This document shows positions 63,809 through 64,000 of a stretch of DNA of 64,000 nucleotides, in pieces (position 1 is the first letter of the stretch; each line of letters starts with the position of its first letter). Source of the DNA: Candidatus Limosilactobacillus merdavium (GTDB lineage: Bacteria; Bacillota; Bacilli; Lactobacillales; Lactobacillaceae); assembly GCA_018883805.1 (NCBI GenBank), contig JAHLFK010000007.1, positions 2,448 to 66,447 of the forward strand, given 5' to 3'. The notes below the pieces were generated by a model. The model was given only the letters and a program-made list of their open reading frames with translations, was not told the origin of the DNA and ran no database searches. The position numbers were made by a program, and so were the translations under genes.

Positions 63809-64000
63809 ATGTTTCATAAGCCTAAGATTGTAGTGATCGGGGGAGGAACTGGACTACCAGTTGTTCTTCGGGGATTGCGCGATCAGAATGCAGATATTAC
63901 GGCAGTGGTTACTGTCGCAGATGATGGAGGGTCATCTGGTATTTTGCGGAACTATATTAATGTTGTTCCGCCTGGCGATATTCGGAATGTCTTGGTTGCA
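63809..64000 (+). CDS. yvcK: YvcK/GlmR gluconeogenesis factor, 5' part (runs off window)
   Basis: [16 protein letters not shown]...[12 protein letters not shown]...PPGDIRN read directly from the sequence; follows rapZ. Confidence 0.93.
   Translation, partial: MFHKPKIVVIGGGTGLPVVLRGLRDQNADITAVVTVADDGGSSGILRNYINVVPPGDIRNVLVA

Overview
Mostly core chromosome of a heterofermentative lactobacillus, most likely Limosilactobacillus (inferred from adhE, frequent CGG Arg codons and gene order). Gene order: mscL, padR-DUF1700-DUF4097, pepI, adhE, nrdHEF, tadA, SRP RNA, dnaX-recR-tmk-darA-holB-yabA-rsmI, a ppx-ppk-ppx polyphosphate operon, galE, tsaB-rimI-tsaD, proBA under a Pro T-box, ABC-F, rex, groESL, a GT4 pseudogene, two APC transporters (one KimA-like), comFA/comFC, hpf, secA, frameshifted prfB, hprK-lgt-gpsA-galU-trxB-pgm, a long LTA-synthase-family gene, uvrBA, rapZ and partial yvcK. 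I saw no prophage, transposase, CRISPR array or defence system. Best leads: (1) a 974-aa protein that appears to fuse an acyltransferase-3-like membrane domain to an LtaS/sulfatase domain; (2) two related structured intergenic repeats, possibly MITEs, flanking tsaB-rimI-tsaD; (3) a compact Pro T-box with an extra helix; (4) an RBS-occluding leader on kimA; (5) a structured terminator/attenuator splitting nrdH from nrdE; (6) shared GalR-like boxes at galE and pgm. All family assignments and RNA folds were made by eye; no searches or folding programs were run.
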